From: Candidatus Dojkabacteria bacterium
Lineage (GTDB): Bacteria; Patescibacteriota; Dojkabacteria; J137
Reading direction: 5' to 3'
NCBI GenBank assembly: GCA_030834985.1
Contig: JAUQWV010000003.1
Coordinates: 64,656 to 128,655 of the forward strand
Length of the DNA stretch: 64,000 bases
Shown here: piece after piece, positions 61,828 to 64,000 of the stretch
Layout: the number at the start of each line of letters is the position of its first letter
Position numbering within the stretch: position 1 is the stretch's first letter
Notes under the pieces: generated by a model
Databases searched by the model: none
Told to the model about the DNA's origin: nothing
What the model saw: the letters and a program-made list of their open reading frames with translations, nothing else
Position numbers and translations under genes: made by a program

Positions 61828-62316
61828 TTAATCTTTCTTTTTAGATTTAGATGTTCCTGTTACTGCTTTTCTAACTCTGCCTGCTACACTTTTTTCACTT
61901 TCAGTTTTCTCTCTTTTTTCTAATAACTTTTGTACTTCTGATTTCTTTTCTTTTACATCTGCATTAACTAACATTACATATACTTGAGCAGCGTTATCAC
62001 CTTTTCTAGGTAATGTTTTAATTACTCGTGTATATCCAGAGTTTCTATCTTGTAATTGGCTTTCTATAACCTTATAGAATTTATTTACAGCTTTTTCGTT
62101 TGACGCAAAAAAAGATTGAACTAGTCTTTTATTTCCTTCACCTTTTTTTGCTAAAGTCACTAATCTATCAAATTTAGATTTAACAACCTTTGCCTTTGCA
62201 GGTGTAGTTTTAATCTGCTGTGCTCTTAACAACTCCATTACTAAGCTTCTAGTTAAAGATGCTGTATGTGAAGCTGTTTTTCCTTGCATTCTATATTTTT
62301 TTATCTGCTTGTTCAT
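61828..62316 (-). CDS. rplQ: 50S ribosomal protein L17 with C-terminal extension
   Basis: IKTTPAKAK, RNSGYTRVIK, RKGDNA. Confidence 0.93.
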   Translation of the reverse strand: MNKQIKKYRMQGKTASHTASLTRSLVMELLRAQQIKTTPAKAKVVKSKFDRLVTLAKKGEGNKRLVQSFFASNEKAVNKFYKVIESQLQDRNSGYTRVIKTLPRKGDNAAQVYVMLVNADVKEKKSEVQKLLEKREKTESEKSVAGRVRKAVTGTSKSKKKD

Positions 62317-62323
62317 GCCGTGA

Positions 62324-63292
62324 TTACACTAATTTAATTGAATGTTTCTTTAAAATATCTAAAAGCTCTGTAAATGATTTACTACCCATTCCTCTAATAT
62401 TTGATAATTCTTCTTCTGTTAAACCTTCCAATTTATTTAAATCATCATAGCCAGATTTTACTAATGCATTAGTTAATCTAGTAGATAGGTTTAAATCACT
62501 TACCTTTAATTCTGGTTTTGCAACATTTTGTGCATTTACTGTTTGAGCTATCTTCTGTTTCTGGTTTAATGCAACAGTAACTTCATTTCCAGCTAGCATT
62601 TGTTCAGTTAATTTTGTTAAATGAGATGTTGCTTGATTTAAGATATCAGTTGCAACATGCAAAGCCTCAACAGGTGAAACAGCACCGTTTGTTTCCATTG
62701 TTAAATTCAATTGGTCTAATTCTGTTTCCTGACCAACTCTAGCTTGAGAAATTGTATAGTTTACTAATTTTACAGGTGAGAAATTAGCATCAACTGGTAG
62801 CATTCCTAATTCTTTTCTAGCTGCTTCATCACCTACTGCAAATCCAACTCCTCTTTTTACTGTTAATTGAGCTTTAAATCTTGATTTTCCGCTTGTTAAC
62901 TTTGTAATTACATAATCAGGATTAATAATTTCAACTTCTGCACTCTTTTCAATATCTCCTGCTTTTACTTCTACAACTTCACCTTCTTTTCCTTTTACAT
63001 CAATCTCTAAAACAACCGGTTCAAGAGTTTTTGAAACTAGAACAACATTTTTTAAAGATAAAATTACAGCTAAAATATCATCTGCAACACCAGAAAGTGT
63101 TGAATATTCATGCTGTACACCATCAATTTTTACTGCAGTGATTGCACTTCCAGGGATAGAAGAAAGTAAAATTCTTCTTAAATATACAGCCATAGTTGAA
63201 CCGTATCCCTTTGGTAGTGGGCCGATTTCAAATGTTGCTGAATTCCCCTTTGCAGCTGACTTTTTGATAGTAAACTGATTCAAAGAAACCAT
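62324..63292 (-). CDS. rpoA: RNA polymerase alpha subunit
   Basis: PLPKGYG, LRRILLSSIPG, HEYSTL.GV, DANFSPV, CTD LSTR..N.L, GMGSKS. Confidence 0.97.
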   Translation of the reverse strand: MVSLNQFTIKKSAAKGNSATFEIGPLPKGYGSTMAVYLRRILLSSIPGSAITAVKIDGVQHEYSTLSGVADDILAVILSLKNVVLVSKTLEPVVLEIDVKGKEGEVVEVKAGDIEKSAEVEIINPDYVITKLTSGKSRFKAQLTVKRGVGFAVGDEAARKELGMLPVDANFSPVKLVNYTISQARVGQETELDQLNLTMETNGAVSPVEALHVATDILNQATSHLTKLTEQMLAGNEVTVALNQKQKIAQTVNAQNVAKPELKVSDLNLSTRLTNALVKSGYDDLNKLEGLTEEELSNIRGMGSKSFTELLDILKKHSIKLV

Positions 63293-63313
63293 ATTTATTT
63301 TTATAAAATTTTA

Positions 63314-63342
63314 AAAAATATGCTTCCCTAAATAGGGAAGCA
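63314..63342 (-). terminator. Terminator-like hairpin between rpsD and rpoA
   Basis: TGCTTCCCTA-TT-TAGGGAAGCA followed by TATTTTTT on the minus strand. Confidence 0.6.
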
Positions 63343-63350
63343 GGTAATTA

Positions 63351-63941
63351 TTATCTTGAGTAAAGTTCAATAATTAATCTTTCCTTAATACTTGAATCCA
63401 TCTCATCTCTTGTTGGTTCTGCAACAACTTTTCCACCTTTATCAAGTCTTTCAACCCATGCTGGCGGATTGTAATTTTTATTTTGAGCCAAAATTTCATT
63501 TACCTTTGTCATTATTGAATCTTTTAGAACTATTTCATCACCTGGTTTTAAAATAGTTGATGGAATATTATGCTTTTTTCCATTTAAAGTAATGTGACCA
63601 TGTGTTACTAACTGTCTTGCCATTGCTCTTGTAGCAGCAAAACCTAATCTATAGATTACATTATCAACTCTTAATTCAAGTAACTGTAATAGTCTAGTAC
63701 TTGTGTTACCGCCAGATTTTAATGCTAAATTATAGAATCTTAAGAATTGAGCTTCAGTCATTCCGTACATTCTCTTAACTTTTTGTTTTTCTCTAAACTG
63801 AATAGCATAATCAGAAGGTCTTTTTGCTAATACTGGAAATTGTCCAGGCATAGACATTCTTCTTTTCCATTTTTCAGAGCTACCAAGCACTGTTGCTTGT
63901 TCTCTTCTATTTATTCTCCATTTAGCACCTGTATATCTCAT
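63351..63941 (-). CDS. rpsD: 30S ribosomal protein S4 (no zinc cysteines)
   Basis: EKQKVKRMYG, LELRVDNVIYRLG, ARQLVTHGH, IIELYSR. Confidence 0.97.
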   Translation of the reverse strand: MRYTGAKWRINRREQATVLGSSEKWKRRMSMPGQFPVLAKRPSDYAIQFREKQKVKRMYGMTEAQFLRFYNLALKSGGNTSTRLLQLLELRVDNVIYRLGFAATRAMARQLVTHGHITLNGKKHNIPSTILKPGDEIVLKDSIMTKVNEILAQNKNYNPPAWVERLDKGGKVVAEPTRDEMDSSIKERLIIELYSR

Positions 63942-63976
63942 ATTTGTTATTAATTATTTTAATTTGCCTTAGAGTT

Positions 63977-64000
63977 TTATTTCTTTGGCGCTCTTCTAGA
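63977..64000 (-). CDS. rpsK: Probable 3' end of ribosomal protein S11
   Basis: Basic tail SRRAPKK-stop; the call rests mainly on alpha-operon synteny. Confidence 0.4.
   Translation of the reverse strand, partial: SRRAPKK

Noticed and set aside
5777-62450. Many short opposite-strand or alternate-frame ORFs in the track (e.g. 5777, 6210, 12414, 18213, 27748, 40666, 52657, 55937, 57124, 62259)
   Set aside because: They lie within or largely overlap well-supported genes and show no motifs; they are shadow ORFs.

Overview
AT-rich, gene-dense chromosomal segment from a small-genome bacterium. Gene content and style suggest Patescibacteria/CPR, possibly Dojkabacteria; this is an inference. TGA, TAG and TAA all act as stops, so code 11 applies. 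Left: a degenerate SDR-TM-DUF4012-like fusion (partial), nfo, a CorA-like gene, gatB and rnj. 10.7-35.1 kb: a large surface-glycan region with GT2/GT4/GT11 enzymes, gmd/fcl, galE, two Wzm/Wzt pairs, a Gtr-like trio and three GT-C-like membrane proteins, one split by a single in-frame TAG. Then a HEPN gene pair, hisS, an RsmB/F methyltransferase, a histone-H1-like gene, a LOG-methyltransferase fusion, a TsaC-TsaE fusion, manC, trpS, envelope proteins, OFOR plus flavodoxin, tig, recF and the rpsD-rpoA-rplQ-rplM-rpsI cluster. Best finding: an unannotated 16-aa His-His-His leader peptide upstream of hisS with a complete 1:2 / 2:3 / 3:4 attenuator, apparently on a leaderless mRNA. Second: a GC-rich orphan gene with a boxB/boxA-like leader and 14-nt 5'-3' complementarity to its own terminator. 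No CRISPR array, tRNA, rRNA, transposase or integrase was seen.
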